Counted from the stretch's first letter, positions 41,298-55,581 are shown. The stretch: 64,000 nucleotides of DNA from Octopus bimaculoides (GCF_001194135.2 NC_068991.1:6986780-7050779), one strand, 5' to 3'. Translations and numbers: made by a program. Notes: generated by a model not told the origin, from the sequence alone.

Positions 41298-41650
41298 CAT
41301 GACTGTGTGGTTCAGTCCCACTGTGTGGCACTTTGAGCAATTGTCTTATATAACCCTGGGCCAGCCAAAGCCTCCTGGATGGATCTGGTAGACAGAAACT
41401 GAAAGACGCCATCGTGTGTGTGTGTGTGTGTCCACCCTTATCTAGACATCATATGATGGTCATAAACGAGCATCATTGTCATACAAGTAATATTGTTCAT
41501 TTCTAGTCTTCTGAAAAATGTCTAGCTATGGAAAAATATTACCTTGTCTGGAAATGAGTGAGGGATGGTGACAGGAAGGGCATCTGGCTGTAGAAAATCA
41601 GCTTCGATAAAATTCCATCTGAACCATGGAAAAGTGGAGATAAAATGAGA
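41298..41650 (+). mobile_element. SINE family B' copy
   Basis: GGTTCAGTCCCACTGTGTGGCACTTTGAGCAA...GACAGGAAGGGCATCTGGCTGTAGAAAA...CATGGAAAAGTGG. Confidence 0.75.
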
Positions 41651-41893
41651 CGAGAAATTTGAAAGTAGCACAAATTTTTTTTCAAATGATTTTTAATATC
41701 TTGCCGTAAATATACCTTCTGTCTATATTTTGCAGTATTTTTCATGTGCAGTTTCAGCCGTTATGTGATAATTAGATTTGTTTCTAACAAACATCTGACT
41801 GAATAGTAATCAGATCACTATTCCTAACAAATATCTCATTGGTTCTTATGTGATTACATTGAAGAGCAGTATCGTTACTGAAATTAAAATTCT

Positions 41894-42025
41894 AAAAGCT
41901 TTTGTTAACCACTATTGGTCTCATGTTCCCAACCAACACCAAATACACTGAGTTGTTCAAAAGTTTTTGTTAACCACTCTTGGTCTCATGTTCCCAACCA
42001 ACACCAAATACACTGAGTTGTTCAA
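41894..42025. repeat. 65-bp tandem duplication
   Basis: Two copies of ...TTTTGTTAACCACT(A/C)TTGGTCTCATGTTCCCAACCAACACCAAATACACTGAGTTGTTCAA with 2 mismatches. Confidence 0.9.
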
Positions 42026-44455
42026 TTTAGACTGAAATCTTACTGTACAAATAATTAGGCAAGATTTCAGAAGGTAAAATAAATTATATTTTTATGTGAG
42101 AATATTTTATATTAAAAAAAAATATTTCCAAACACCAACTTAATATATCAATAAAAAAAATTTAACAACTTATTTTGTTTTACTGAACTCCTCCAGATTT
42201 TCAGTTGTTTTTTTTTAATTGAATCATGTTTTTCCGTTAAAACATGGTTATGAAAAGGACTTTTTTGAACCAATTTTTCCTGAAGCAAAGTACTGGCAAT
42301 CTCCTCATTTTTGTATTTAACTTCAAAATGAAATTTATTTGGTTAAGTAACTAGCTACATTAAAAAATTTAGAAAAAAATCTAAATGCATCTGTAAATTA
42401 CTTAAATTGATGATTTTGCAGTATCTGTATCAAATCATTCTTATAATAAACGCATCTTTTATTGATTGAGTTAAAAATAAGTTACCCTCTAGTAGCACGA
42501 ACTTATGAGCAAAAGTGTTTCAGCTGTAGTCATTCTTGTTTCATGGCCAATATCAGTGACTACTTTGTTCTACATATTCTCCTTTATGAATTGTCAACAT
42601 AGGGCAAGTTTCTTTAACTACATTACTAATGTTTTTAGAAAACCTCTCAAATCTTACTTTTTGTTTTCATTAAACTTTGATTTGATTTTTTTTTTTTTAA
42701 TGCATAAATCTTTTGATAATCTCGGCTCTTATTCAGAATTGTTGGAAATATCAATATTTAGATAAATATAGAACTTTTCACAAATTCTGTTCAAATTAAA
42801 ATCTAATATTTGTTGTATTAAAAATATAAATTATAATGTAAAACGAAAGACTTTTAATTTATTCAAAGTTATATTTTCTTTAACCTTTCCATTTTCCTCA
42901 AATTCTTTAATTTTTATTTTAAAATTCCTTTGTGTAAGGAAGAAATGACATGGATCTTCCAAGACATGCTTTAAGTTTCTGTTTCCATGTACCATAATAA
43001 AAAAAAATTTCAAGATATGAAAACTGTTTTCAATTGTAAGATATGTATTTTTGTTTTTCTAATAAATTTTCTAGTCATGAAATTCCTAACAATATCCTGG
43101 ATTTATGAGTGCTTTAAAGATCCTTGAAAATTTTTTAATATCTTTGAAAAATACCAAAAGTAGTTCAATTAATCCAGATGCTTCAATCAAACTACTGCAC
43201 TATTTTTGTTTATTCAGTCATCTATTAAATTCTGTTTATTTATTCTATTCTGATTTTACTGGAATAAAATTGATATATAATTCTGCAATAAAAGAAAGTT
43301 AAATAATCCTCTAATTAGCTTCTATTTTGTTGCTTTTCTTTGATATTCTGATTTAAATTTTTATTTATTTATTTTGTTGGAATTAAAAAAGAATTGTTAT
43401 TTTTGTCCTTTCTGAAATCTGTAAGAGAAGAAATTAATATTCAATGCCTGTTCTGTATTTGGTAGCTGTTGAACCTCCGTCTCATTTTTAAATCATTAAT
43501 TACATTTGATTTCCATGTGCTTTTTGTTTTAAATCTGTTTTGGGGCTCAAACAGAAAGCTTGAGTGCTTATTTCTTTTGCAATGTAGCAATCTAAGACTT
43601 GGTTTGATTTTAGCTCCTTTGTAGGGCCTCAGTGCTTTATAATTAAATTATGCAGTAATGCATGAGGCTTACAGTTTAAATTTAATGCAGTTAGTTTGAA
43701 GGGTTATCCTCTTCCAAATTTTGCTAGTATAGATATCTATCGACATAATTATACAGTCTACCATTTTTTTCTTATTTATCAAAGATGAGTCTCAGTTTTC
43801 ATAAGATGGTACCTGTTTGAGATGATGCTTTTTTCCTCTTCTCCAGATTCATATATTTCTACTTCAGTTGTACCACTAAATCAACTTAATATCTATTTAA
43901 TTTTGTCATGATACTTTGCTATATATTTTAGTTTTAGATATAATTTTATGAAAACTGTGTTTCATAACTATATGCTCTTTAAATTACCTATCATGTTCAA
44001 CTAACAAACACCACTTTTGTGTTGTCTATGATTTAAATAGCATTCAGTAAAAGCAGAGTTAACCAATCAGTATTCTATGAATTGAATCAAATTAAAAATT
44101 TCTTTGTAATAAAATCAGCACATTGAAAAGGAATGATAATAAAATTTAGTCTAATTTCAAATTTAAATGTCGTAATCTATAATTAGTTAGTGAACCAAGG
44201 ACAGGTCATATTGGATGTTTTCCTCTCTGTTGACTATGGCTTGACAGCACATGCAATGCACACTTCTTGCTGGGTTCTTGCCATAGTTTTATTGAAGTCA
44301 TACCAGCTACATTTAACTCTTAATAAACTTATTCCTTTGGCTTTTTTATGCTTGAAGTATGTTTTTAATTTAGATATACTAATAAAAATAGTATTATACT
44401 AACTTGAAATTCTTTTTATGAAAGAATAACAGGAAGTTTGAAATTATCATTTTAA

Positions 44456-44517
44456 TAAATTCTGGTCTTGCGTAACATTGTTGAGTGCTGCTCAATGTTA
44501 CATAAGACCAGAATTTA
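44456..44517. repeat. 62-nt hairpin-forming inverted repeat
   Basis: TAAATTCTGGTCTTGCGTAACATTG(TT)GAG pairs with CTCAATGTTACATAAGACCAGAATTTA. Confidence 0.85.
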
Positions 44518-44926
44518 GATATAATAGCCCCAAAGCCTTCATTGCAAAATTTCAAATCAATTTCTTCCTAAAGTTTCTTAAATATTTGTCCTAGTAAGAT
44601 AATATCTCACAAGTATCTCAGCAAAAATATGGCTACTGAGATAAGAACCAAGAATTCCCATGGTAATGCTATGTCAGTGTTGATATATATTATGGTGAAA
44701 ACCAGACATTAGATATGAAATAGTTGTTGGTTTCAGCCAGGTGTGGAGAATCTCTTGCGAAGTAGCTAAGTACTTGTGGAGCTTATCTTTTGAAACAAAT
44801 ATTAAATCTTTAATTTTATAACTGTATATAATAAATGAATGTTTGGGTGCTAAGACAAACATTTTTTTTTCATATTGGTTTTTAGGGATTTGCTGCAGGC
44901 CATTTTAATTTCAATACAGGTGAAGT

Positions 44927-45129
44927 GTAATGCAGCAAACTGGCAGAAACGTTAGCATGCCAGGTGAAATGCTTAGCATTTTACATTCTGAGTTCAAATT
45001 CCGCCGAGTTCAACTTTGCCTTTCATCCTTTCGGGAACAATAAATTAAGTACCAGTTGTGTACTGGAGTCAGTGTAATTGACTGGGATCCTCCCCCAAAA
45101 TTTCAGGCCTTGTGCCTAGAGTAGAAAAG
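44927..45129 (+). mobile_element. tRNA-derived SINE family C with an intact target-site duplication
   Basis: B box GAGTTCAAATTCC and TTTGCCTTTCATCCTTTCGGG core. Perfect 14-bp TSD AATACAGGTGAAGT at 44913-44926 and 45130-45143. Confidence 0.9.
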
Positions 45130-48100
45130 AATACAGGTGAAGTATTCCATACTTCTAATTTCAAGTTAACTCCTCTTTTTTCTAACAGGAAAAGAAATGT
45201 TTTACTGTATCGAGTTACAAAGTCCTAACGATTTAAGATTTCAGAAAAAAATGCCAGAGTAAGGGTGTAAATACCAAGAAAGGGACTAATAAGCATCTGG
45301 AGATGCAACACTGGTAGCTTAGTAGATTCTAGAAACTCGGCCATCAATGTTTCAATATCAATTTGGCATCGTCTGTCTTTATGTTCTGAGTTCAGATTCC
45401 ACCGAGATCGACTTTGCCTTTTGTCCTTTTGGGGTTGATAAATTAAGTACCAGTGAAACACTGGGGTCGATGTAATCAACTATCCCCCTCCCCCGAAATG
45501 TCAGGCCTTGTACATATAGTAGAAAAGAATATTAATTTTACATCCAAGAAAATCATAGCAAATTCTGAACAGAAGTTTTTTTTTAATTAATTAATTGTAT
45601 ACTTTCAGCTTTATTTTCTACTCATTTAACAAATTTTTTTTTGATTTTGCAATAACTTGTTTCAATCTCTTCATCTTAGCTTTCATTTTCAAGAAATGTT
45701 TGTCACATATTTCCACACCATTAGACTGAATAAGCAATGCAGGTTTCTTGCATAACTGCTATTATGAATCTAGTTACAACTTGACAGATCTCTTATTGTC
45801 TGTATTGAAATATTGAACTGGTTTCATCATGCCATAATCTTTTTGAATATCAGATGTTGATGGTGATGGGTCTCATCCAATTTTGACCCCTGTAAATGTT
45901 TGTAGTTTTCTAATAAGACTACCATAGAGAGAAAAGTCAATTTCCTGTTCATCATCTTTCATCCAGTGATCCTCATATTTATTATAAACTACCATGCAAT
46001 GGTCTTTGTTTTGTGTGTGTGTGTGTGTGTGTATTTCTCCATTCCTCTGTGAAAGTCAGGTATATCTTACCATCTACTTTAAAATAACTTGTCACAGATT
46101 CCTGCACTAATCTATTATGCTTTGATTACTCTTTTGTGTCTATTGATAGCAAGCCATTTCAAATAATACAAAATCAACATTTTTTAAACAATTTCTGTTC
46201 TAAAAATATGGCATCCTTTATTGGATAGGATAAAAAACAAAAATAGATTTACTTCATTTTGTATTATTAATGGTTTGGTGGGTTTGTTTTTAAAAATTAA
46301 GCTTGCTTTTGTTACACTAACAGGTACAGAGATGTCATCATTGTAAATATCCAGCCAGCTCTCAGAAAAAATAGAAAAAAATAAACTTGCTTTCAAAATA
46401 CTTTTTATTTTATTTTATTTTTTTTGTGGAAAGTTGTACTTTAAAAGTACTAAGATACCTAAAAGATACTACAAACTTTGTACTTTATCCATTGAATATA
46501 ATTTACAAAAGTCAACGTGTAGGGTTTTTTTTTCTTCTTCTCTACACCATCTGACTTATAAATATCTGCAAGTATTTAAAAAATTGTTTTGTTTTTTAAC
46601 TGTATGATCAAAGAAAAACCGGTGAAAAAAAACAAAGTATATTCACATTATTGGAAATATATATATATATCTTTTTTTTCAGTTTATTCGCCATTAATTA
46701 AGTTGTCTCCTTTTTTTTTTTTTTTTTAAATTAAATTTTACCACAAGAACTTGCTGTTTGGGTCTTGTGAGTTTATCACATTCTTAACTTTGTAACCTCA
46801 TCCACACTATTTCAATCAGCATATTATGTGATTATCTTCAGATATGTCCATATATATATATATATATATATATATCCTTTAGCTAAAAAATGAAGTACTT
46901 GTATTTGTAACGCAAGATTTCAGTTTTCTTAGGTGATATGTAAAGAACATTGAAACCTTGCATTAGACATAAATTCAATTCTAATGGGAAATTATGTTTA
47001 AGTATGACATTTATGCAATCAGATAAAAATATAGTAATTGGTAGGAACACAAAAATTTGGTTAAAAGCCCAGAAAACCCAAACTATACCAGCAGTATCTT
47101 GTTTTAAAAATTATGTTATTACTATTATTTCTTTGTATCTTTCCTGCTTCCTGAAATTGATTTATTTTTATACTTCATTCTTAAATTTGTGAATTTTTTT
47201 TTTTAATGTAAATTTCTATTCATTTTGAATTTTATTGAAAATTCATAATTAAAGGAATAAAATCAGAAACTAAGCTTCGTTTTAATTTCTTTCAAAAAAT
47301 TTTATTCTTTTACTGTTTTCAGTTATTTGTGTATTGCCATGCTGGAGTACCGGCTTCAAGGAATTGCTCAAACATATGCTGGTGCAACATCATGAAGAAT
47401 TTTTAGTCAAATGAACTGACCCCAATACTTACATATAATTTTTTTTGTTTGTTTTTTGTTAAGCCTGACACTTTTTCTATCAGTCTTTTTTGTTGAACTG
47501 CTAAGTTTCTGGGACATAAACACCCTGGTACTAGTTGTCAAATGGTGATGGGAGAGACAAACATAGACACAAAGACACCGACGCACGCGCACACACACAC
47601 ACACAAGGATCTTTCGGTTTCTATCTACCACATCCACTTCACAAAGGCTCTGAGGCTATAGTAGAAGACACTTGCCCAAGGTGCCTCGCAGTAGGACTGA
47701 ACCAGGAACTGTGTGGTTGGGAAGCAAGCGTCTTACCACACAGCCATACCTGAATAAGATACAGAACTGTTTGTTTGATATTCTGTGGTGCAATTGTACA
47801 TTTTAAGGTTGTCAGAGATTAGGTTGTCCTATCTTCATTCAAATATCTTTTCAAGGTCTCTGTTCAAGGGGGTAATGTAAATATGGTGCGAGATATTTAT
47901 TATAAGGTTACAGAAGATTAAAGCGGAATGAGAGATAATATCATTTATTTATGAGTGGTGAAGTGGCAGAATTGTCACTGGGTGGAATGTGTAGTTGTTT
48001 TTCTTCTGGTTCCTTATGTTCTGAGTTCAAATGCAACTGAGACTGACTTTATTTTTCATCCTTTCAGAGTTGATAAAATAAGTACCAGTTGAGCAATTGG

Positions 48101-49934
48101 GAAGTGGTATAGCTAAGAGGGGAGAAAGACCACTGCCCTCAAGGATATTTGGCACAATTTCGTTTTGGCTCGACTTCTATAAACATACTTCTTGGTAATT
48201 TCCATGAGCACATGTTGTCTTGGCAACTGTCAGCTGTGTGCTTGTTCTATTTGATGTATTGAAGTGGAAAGAGGAAGCTAATGGGTTGTTATTCCCTCAG
48301 CATACATATTACAATAATATAAACAAAAAACTAAACACCCTGTGCACACTAACACAGTATTTCACTAAATAATGGTCTCAGATTTTGGCACAAGGCCAGC
48401 ACGTTCAGGAGAGAAGGTAAATCAATTACATTGACCTAGTTCTCAACTGACACTTCTTTTATCAACCCCGAAGGAATGAAAGGCAAAGTCAACCTAGGTG
48501 GAATTTGAACTCAGAATGTAAAGACTGGTGAAATGCCGTTAAGCATGCTAACAATTCTGCCAGCTCGCCCACTTAATATCGCTAAATAGTGAAAACATGT
48601 CACCGTTCCTAAGAAAACCATTATGCATTTGCAGAAGATGAGATAATTCAGCAACAAGATTGTGTGAAAACAAAACAATATAAAGCACCTATAAACAAAA
48701 ACATACTGAAACAATGGCATCTTTTGATGTTGAACCGAAATCCTTGATATTTGAGAAAAGAGCAAGAAGGAAATATGATATTAATGACTTTTCTAAGACT
48801 TAGTTGTATAAATGAAATAAGATAACATGAGCCGGGAGTCAAAACTGTGTTGTTGCGTTGGGTTACTGGGGTCTTATCTCTTGTCTCAACTAAGATATTA
48901 AACATGCATTGAATTACATATGCGATTAAGTGGCTGTTCTTGTCATTTAACTCAGTTTAATCCTAATTGAGGAGATCTAGGATCAAAAGCATACATGCCA
49001 CAACTGTCCCTGTGCAATGCAGCTTATTTAGACAAATGGGTGTGATTTAACTAATATTTCTGGCAGGTTGATACCTGCATGTTATCTGTGTATGTACATG
49101 TGACAGCATGTCTAACATAAAAACTGAATCTATTACTAAGATGTACGACATAGAACTTGTGTGATTTCAAGACAAATTTATATCTTAGTAATTTTTTTTG
49201 TGCAGGGGTTCCTTCAGACATGTGATCTATTTTAAGTGTTACGCAAGGGTAAAAAGGTTGATAAACACTGCTCTAACCCTTTTTGTTACCATATTTCTTT
49301 TAAAATACACTGCCTTTGTTTCAATTAATTTTGAAAATAATGTTTTATTTGTTATTATTAAGCTGATGTTTAGAATATAAATTAATAGAAAATTTTGATG
49401 GAAGGTTTTAGTTTACATCAGTTTAAAACAAGAAGTTTATATCAAAATGAAAGGCAGTCTTAAGCATGTTAGTATCAAAAGAGCTAAAAAGCATTAGAAT
49501 CTTAAAATGTAGCCTCTGCAGTCAATAAGCAAGAATAGTAGATGACATGATGACATCAGTGCTGGATAGTCTAGTATCGATCAAAACTGAATTCGTTAAC
49601 CAACATTAACAGTTAGGTCAATATATCCACTGGACAGTATAGAAGGTAGTATTAATTGGTATATATGTGTTCAGAAACTTGTGAGGTAAGTAATTTAATT
49701 GACTGAACACTCCCTACAAATTTGCAGCTTTATGTTTGTGTAATAGATCAAAGTGAATCTAAGTTATTCAAAAGGGATGGATGGTAAGTCACACAAACAT
49801 TACGGCAAAATATTGATAGAAATGATTCATCATTGCAAATATTAGTTTTCTGAAATCAACCAAGTCTTTTATATATCTTGGTAACTGTTTCAGTTTTTAT
49901 GGCATACATGTTGCCACATGTATGTATAGGGAGA

Positions 49935-50090
49935 ATTCACAAAAAAACAACAGACGAAGACAGGTGGTGTAGAAAACGAATAGATGTATTAGTATAACGC
50001 TCGGGAATTGAGAAAGTCTTTAACATTTTGAGCCTACGCTCTTCCACAAAGAAACAAGGAGAGAAAAAAACGTGTGTAGTGGTCAGCGAT
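49935..50090 (-). mobile_element. Penelope-like terminal fragment (related copy at about 57345-57515, +)
   Basis: GAAGAGCGTAGGCTCAAAATGTTAAAGACTT...CCCGAGCGTTATACTAATACA is shared with the 57400 region. Confidence 0.45.
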
Positions 50091-50224
50091 CTATCATGGT
50101 GATGCTTTGGTTGGCCTGAGGCTATAGTAGAAGACACTTGCCCTAGGTGCCACTCAGTGGGACTGAACCCGGAACTGTGTGGTTGGGAAGCAAGCTTCTT
50201 ACCACATATATATGTATATGTATG

Positions 50225-50400
50225 TATGTATGTGTGTGTGCACTATTCTCCAGGGCAACACCTTTTCTAATACCATACCAAATCACATCAAAACGGAAAC
50301 AAAGCCCATAAAATTCAAATGTTCACTGGACAAATTTCTTCAAAAAAATCCGGGACCAAACTTCTATACCTGGATATGTAAATCTCCCTCAAATCATGCA
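50225..50400 (+). mobile_element. CR1/L2-group LINE 3' end relic
   Basis: ...TIPNHIK...FKCSLDKFLQKNP resembles the LP..I...FK..LD.FL C-terminal motif of CR1-group ORF2. Confidence 0.5.
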
Positions 50401-50996
50401 AGGCTGTTGTAAAAAAGCAACAACAAAAAAACACAGAAAGGTCATATTGGATAAGAAGGTCCTTGATAGACTGCTTAAAGATATTCTGTAAAAAAAATTC
50501 GTTCTTAAGACTGTGCTTAATCAGGTTAGCTTCACTAACCTAAACAACAACAACAACAACCACTGCAGAAGCAGCAGCAGTAAGCATGATGACAGCAATA
50601 ACAGATACAAGGAACCTTTCAGAAGTATTATCTTACATTGGAATTTTGTCATTGTAACATGGTACCTGTATTTTATTTCAGTGATACCCACCAGAGGTGT
50701 AAACATAACAACACAAATTAATTCTACACTAGTTTTATTCATTTGTGATGACAATTTCGCAGTTGTTTATTTTTTATTTTATTTATTTATTTTTTTTTAA
50801 TTACAAAAGGCAATTGTGTCCTTCAGCAAAACACTTTAGTTCATGTTGCTCCTGTCCACTTAGCCGGCAAAAATAAGGTGTACCTGTAATTCAAAGGGCC
50901 ATCCTTGTCATATTCAGTGTCACGTTGAATCTCCCTGACAACTACATTCTTTTCTACTCTAGGCACAAGGCCCGAAATTTTGGGGGAAGGGGCCAC

Positions 50997-51605
50997 TTTT
51001 CTCTCAATATGTTTGCACTTTGCCATACATGCGCACTGATGTTGCACACCCAACGGAGTATACTACCTTCTTTTCTCTCCAGTCTACACACGTCTTTTGT
51101 ATTCAGAATCCATGTCTCACCACCATGGAGTATAGCCATTCGCACACAAGCATCATATAGTCTACCTTTCACTCTGAAAGAGAGTTCTTTTGTTACAAAC
51201 AGAGGTAATAGCTCTCTGAACTTCCTCCACCTGATTCTTATTCTAGAAACAATGCTTTCAGAGCATCCTCCACTATTGCTAATTTGGTCACCTAGGTAAC
51301 AGAAACTCTCTACAACCTCAAGAGAGCTTCCTAAGCATTTGAGAGAATCTGTCTAAGTCCCATGTGTTCTTAGTGCTTATTGTTCCTACTCACCTGCCAC
51401 ATACAAAGACGATTTTATCTGTTAATCTACCTGTGACCCACTGCACCTCTTATGTGCCTCTAGTTTACACTGGGTGCAGCGAGTGGAATTTCTTCCAACT
51501 TCTTTCCTACATATTGAGCAGGGACATTTACCCGATGGAGAGAGAGCTTTATCTTCTTTCTTACTAACAACAACTTTGGTAGACTTAGCTAACCCAAAGG
51601 CTAAG
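50997..51605 (-). mobile_element. Decayed RTE-clade LINE, RT C-terminal region
   Basis: Translates to ...FCYLGD...GGCSESI...KGRLYDACVRMAILHGGETW...RLER...LRWVC, typical of RTE, with stops and frameshifts. Confidence 0.85.
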
Positions 51606-53379
51606 AAATTTGCTATTCAAATACAGAACTCAACAAATATTGAATGCATATTCTTCAGTCAGGAACGAGGGGTACAACTGTAGAAAATGTACCTTCACAA
51701 ATTCCATCTAACCCATGCAAGCATCAAAAAGTGGATGTTAAAATTATGATGGTGGTGGTGGTGATGATAATGATAGTGATGATGATGATGTTGGTGGTGA
51801 CGGTGATGGTGCTGATTGTAAGCGATACAGTTACAATGCCACTTTATATATTTTAAAAGCTTAATTCCACATAATTACCTTGTGACATCTAATACTTTAT
51901 ACAAGTTTTGACAGTATTATAAATAGGAAGAGAACAATGAAATGAAAAATAAAGGAATGACTCTTATTGCCTTGAGTTGTTTGGATAAGGTGCTCTATTC
52001 ATTTTAGATTCCATGAAATAATAAACTAGCAGCATTCTTATTTTTATAAAAGAGGACAGTTAGAAATATATAGATATATGTAAATTCCAACAACTCATGG
52101 AAATGTCCTAATTGTTCAGCCTATGTAAACCATAGAAAATTAGGTGTAAAATTATAGATATTTCTTCTTAACGATGACTAATTAATTATTGATCTCTTTT
52201 CTCCAGCAATTTGTTCATGAATTTGATCCTCCTTCAATCAGTTTGTTCAACCTGTTCCTATTGACAAAGAAGCCTCTAGATGATCACATACTAGAAACAG
52301 TAGCCAAATACCCCTCATTTCATACACTTCTATCTTAAAAAATGGAAGGACACGTTAAATAATGTAAATCCTAAACCTAATATTTTATCGTTTAATTGTT
52401 GTTTAACATCCGCTTTTCATGCTGGCATGGGTTGGACATTTATAGCCTCAACTAGACATGTATATCTCAAAATAAAACCAGATAGCCATGGCTGAACCTT
52501 CTGTGACTATAAGTCTTCTTGGTCAGTGCTGACCTTCGGCTAAACAACAATAACAATCTGTTTCTACAGTTGTCAGTTTGTTTAGCAACAAGTTTCTCTC
52601 GCCATTCAACTTGAAAACTGTTATTTTTCTACAAGATAAACTTAATCCTTACTGAGCTGATGGAATTTTTGTGTACTAACATGAAGATGCTGAATGAATC
52701 TATCAAAATTGGTTGAACTCGACATTCTCATGTTATCTTTGTCTTTTATCCTTTACTTGTTTCAGTCATTTGACTGTGGCCATGCTGGGGCACCACCTTG
52801 AAGAATTTCTAGTCGAATGAGTTGACCCCAGGATTTTTTTTTTAAGCCTGGTACTTATTCTATCAGTCTCTTTTGCTGAACTACATAACACCAGTTGTCA
52901 AGTGGTGGTGGGGGACAAACACAAATACATATTATGGTGGGCTTCTTTAAGTTTCTGTCAATCAAATCCACTCACAGAGCTTTGGTCAGTCCAAAGTTAT
53001 AGTAGAGTCTATAGTAGAACCCAGAACCATGTGGTTGGGAAGCAAGCTTCTTACCACACAGCCATGCCTGTATTTAAAATCACTTGTTATGTACACAAAT
53101 GATAACTAAAACAGCATTCTGTATATTTTACTTAATGTAAATATACTATAGAAAGCTACAAAAACTGTGGTATTAGTTTCAAGACCCCATCTTGTATAGA
53201 TATATAGTGCTAAAGGGCACAGAAGCAAATCAGCAGCAGATAAAAAATTTCCATGTCATTAGACAAACAGTCCCAAAACATCTTAAAGTTAGCTCACATT
53301 CAAGAGGAACTGCAGTCATCATTCATCTTGTAGTGGATCAGTGTGTGGTATCTCTCAAAGCAGTAAGCACACACAATGG

Positions 53380-54060
53380 TTTTTCTCACTCTCAGTACTA
53401 GTATCTCACCATTTATGGTATCAACTAGACATGTAAAATCTGCAGTTAACTTCACTTGTCTTGGTCTTGTGTCATCTTTTATTGTGAGGCCCAGTATCTT
53501 CACATTGGATCTCTTCACTTCTGTTCCATCTGCCACATGTTACCTTTCTAATCTATACAAACATAACTGATTATGCAAATGCCCAGCTGTTCTCTTGGCT
53601 CATTTATGATCCATTTTAATGTAAATTAATGTAAAATTATATTTAATGCTTCAACAAGTGTTCCACATTCAACAGCTCCATGTAATGATTTCAGATTCTG
53701 GTACAAAGCCAGTAATTTTAGGGGGAGGGGTATGTCTATTGCATCAACCTTGGTGCTCAACTGATATTTATTTTCTACATGTTGAGCAAAGTCATTACCT
53801 AAATGACACTAGGATCTTGTATTTCATGAATTTCAAGCACCTAAATCTTTGCCATGCTGGCATTCGACTATTCTTCTTGGTTTGGAATTTTCTATACAAC
53901 ACCTCAACAGTTTATTATGTCACAGCTATTGCTATTGTCAGCACGTTAACATTTTACACAATTCTCATCCATTTGCAAGACATGTTCATACTAGTATAAC
54001 ACTCTCCTGCACACATCTGTTACTTCTGGTCGTAGCTGCTCACTTGTTCACAGGTTCTGT
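53380..54060 (-). mobile_element. Heavily decayed RTE-like LINE 3' fragments
   Basis: Remnants resembling the WYGHV..MDE..CVK and LGLT...T.DR motifs of RTE ORF ends. Confidence 0.45.
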
Positions 54061-54744
54061 TATGGAAATCAATTTATCGGCTAATATAAGTATCCAGTAA
54101 CAAACAGTTCTGAGCTCAAGTGTTATTATTTTAACCATTGGGTTATCAGACAAATCTCTTCAATTCTTTTTTTTTCCATAGTTGGTACTGAAAAGTGGTA
54201 AAATTTATTCAAATTTCAAAAGCAATAAACTGAAGTAGCAGAGGAAGAATGTGGCTGCAAAATGCCATAAAATATCATGATAAAATAGTTCTTGTGTTAA
54301 TTCAAATAACAAACTATATTCTTTTACTTCTTTCAATCATTTTGACTGTGGCTATGCTGGAGCAATGCCTAGAAAGGTTTTAGTCGAACAAATCAACTTC
54401 AGGGATTATTTTTTAAGCCTAGTACTTACCGGTTGCTAAGCAGTGATGGGGGACAAACACACACACATAGAGATATACATATATATATATATATATATAT
54501 ACGATGGGCTTCTTTCAATTTCCTTATACCATATCCACTCACAAGGCTTCGGTCAGCCCGAGATTACAATAGAAGACACTTGCCCAAGATGCTACTCAGT
54601 GGGACTGAACCCAGAGCCATGTGGTTGGGAAGCAAGTGACTTACCACACAGCTATGCCTATGCCTAAATATATAGGCAAAAAAAAAAAAATGAAGAACTT
54701 TATCTGACAATCCAGCCTAGCCCTCTGTTGGTTATGATGATGAG

Positions 54745-54971
54745 GGTTCCACTTGATTCAATCAACCCTTAGTTCTCAAGGATATTCAGTGAGACACAGA
54801 AGATGACAAAGCTGGCTGGCCCTTTTGAATTACAGGTACAACTCATTTTTGTCAGCTGAGTGGACGGGAACAATGTGAAATTGAGTGTCTTGCTCAAGGA
54901 CATGATATGCCACCAGGAATTGAACTCACAACTTCATGATTATGAGCCGAATACCCCTAACCACTAAGCCC
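54745..54971 (-). mobile_element. tRNA-derived SINE (D-like, CORE/V-like central motif)
   Basis: Reverse strand reads GGCTTAGTGGTTAGG...GAGTTCAATTCC...GTCCTTGAGCAAGACAC...CCACTCAGCTG. A related 3' piece lies at about 50860-50945. Confidence 0.7.
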
Positions 54972-55581
54972 GACATAATGAATAGCAGGGTTCTGTAACA
55001 GTTATTAGTGAATACTCACAGGGTAATCAGGTTCAGCGGCATTGTGTGGTGCCTTGGTCAACTGTTACACCTGTCTCACAAGTGTAAATAGTTTATTTAC
55101 TCAACCTTCTGTCAATAAGAAAAAGACTTGCAGTTGAAAATAAGAAAATACTAAAAAAAAAAAAAATCCAAAAAACTATGGAAAAAAGAAAGAAGTGTGC
55201 TAAATCCAGTTTGTTTAATTAAAAGAGAAAGTATGAGTGAGTAGCAGCATGTACTATAAGCAGAGGTAACTGACATGTGTGAATCAAGATTATAACCTAA
55301 TTTTCTATTGCTGATCAGATTCCAGCAATTCACATTACACCAGGAATACAAAAGCTACTTTTTTTGCCTTTTTCTTTTTACTGTCACCAAAGGGTATAGT
55401 GAGTTTTCAGACATTTTTCTTACCAATTATATTCTGATTCATAAAACTGCCACACAGCCTTACAATTCAGAACATTTACCATCACTTTTCCTCATAATAC
55501 AAACTTACTCTTAGCTTCTTTTCTGCTAAATTGGCGTTTCTTAACCATTCTTTTTTTTTTTTGCAGCTCCATTCCCTTTAA

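Noticed and set aside
45780-46000. Protein-like minus-strand reading KDHCMVVYNKYEDHW...
   Set aside because: In-frame stop, preceded by (CA)n rather than an acceptor, and no family match.
46240-46365. Exon-like minus-strand segment SWLDIYNDDISVPV...QNE
   Set aside because: Weak GAG acceptor, no recognisable homology and no partner exons found.
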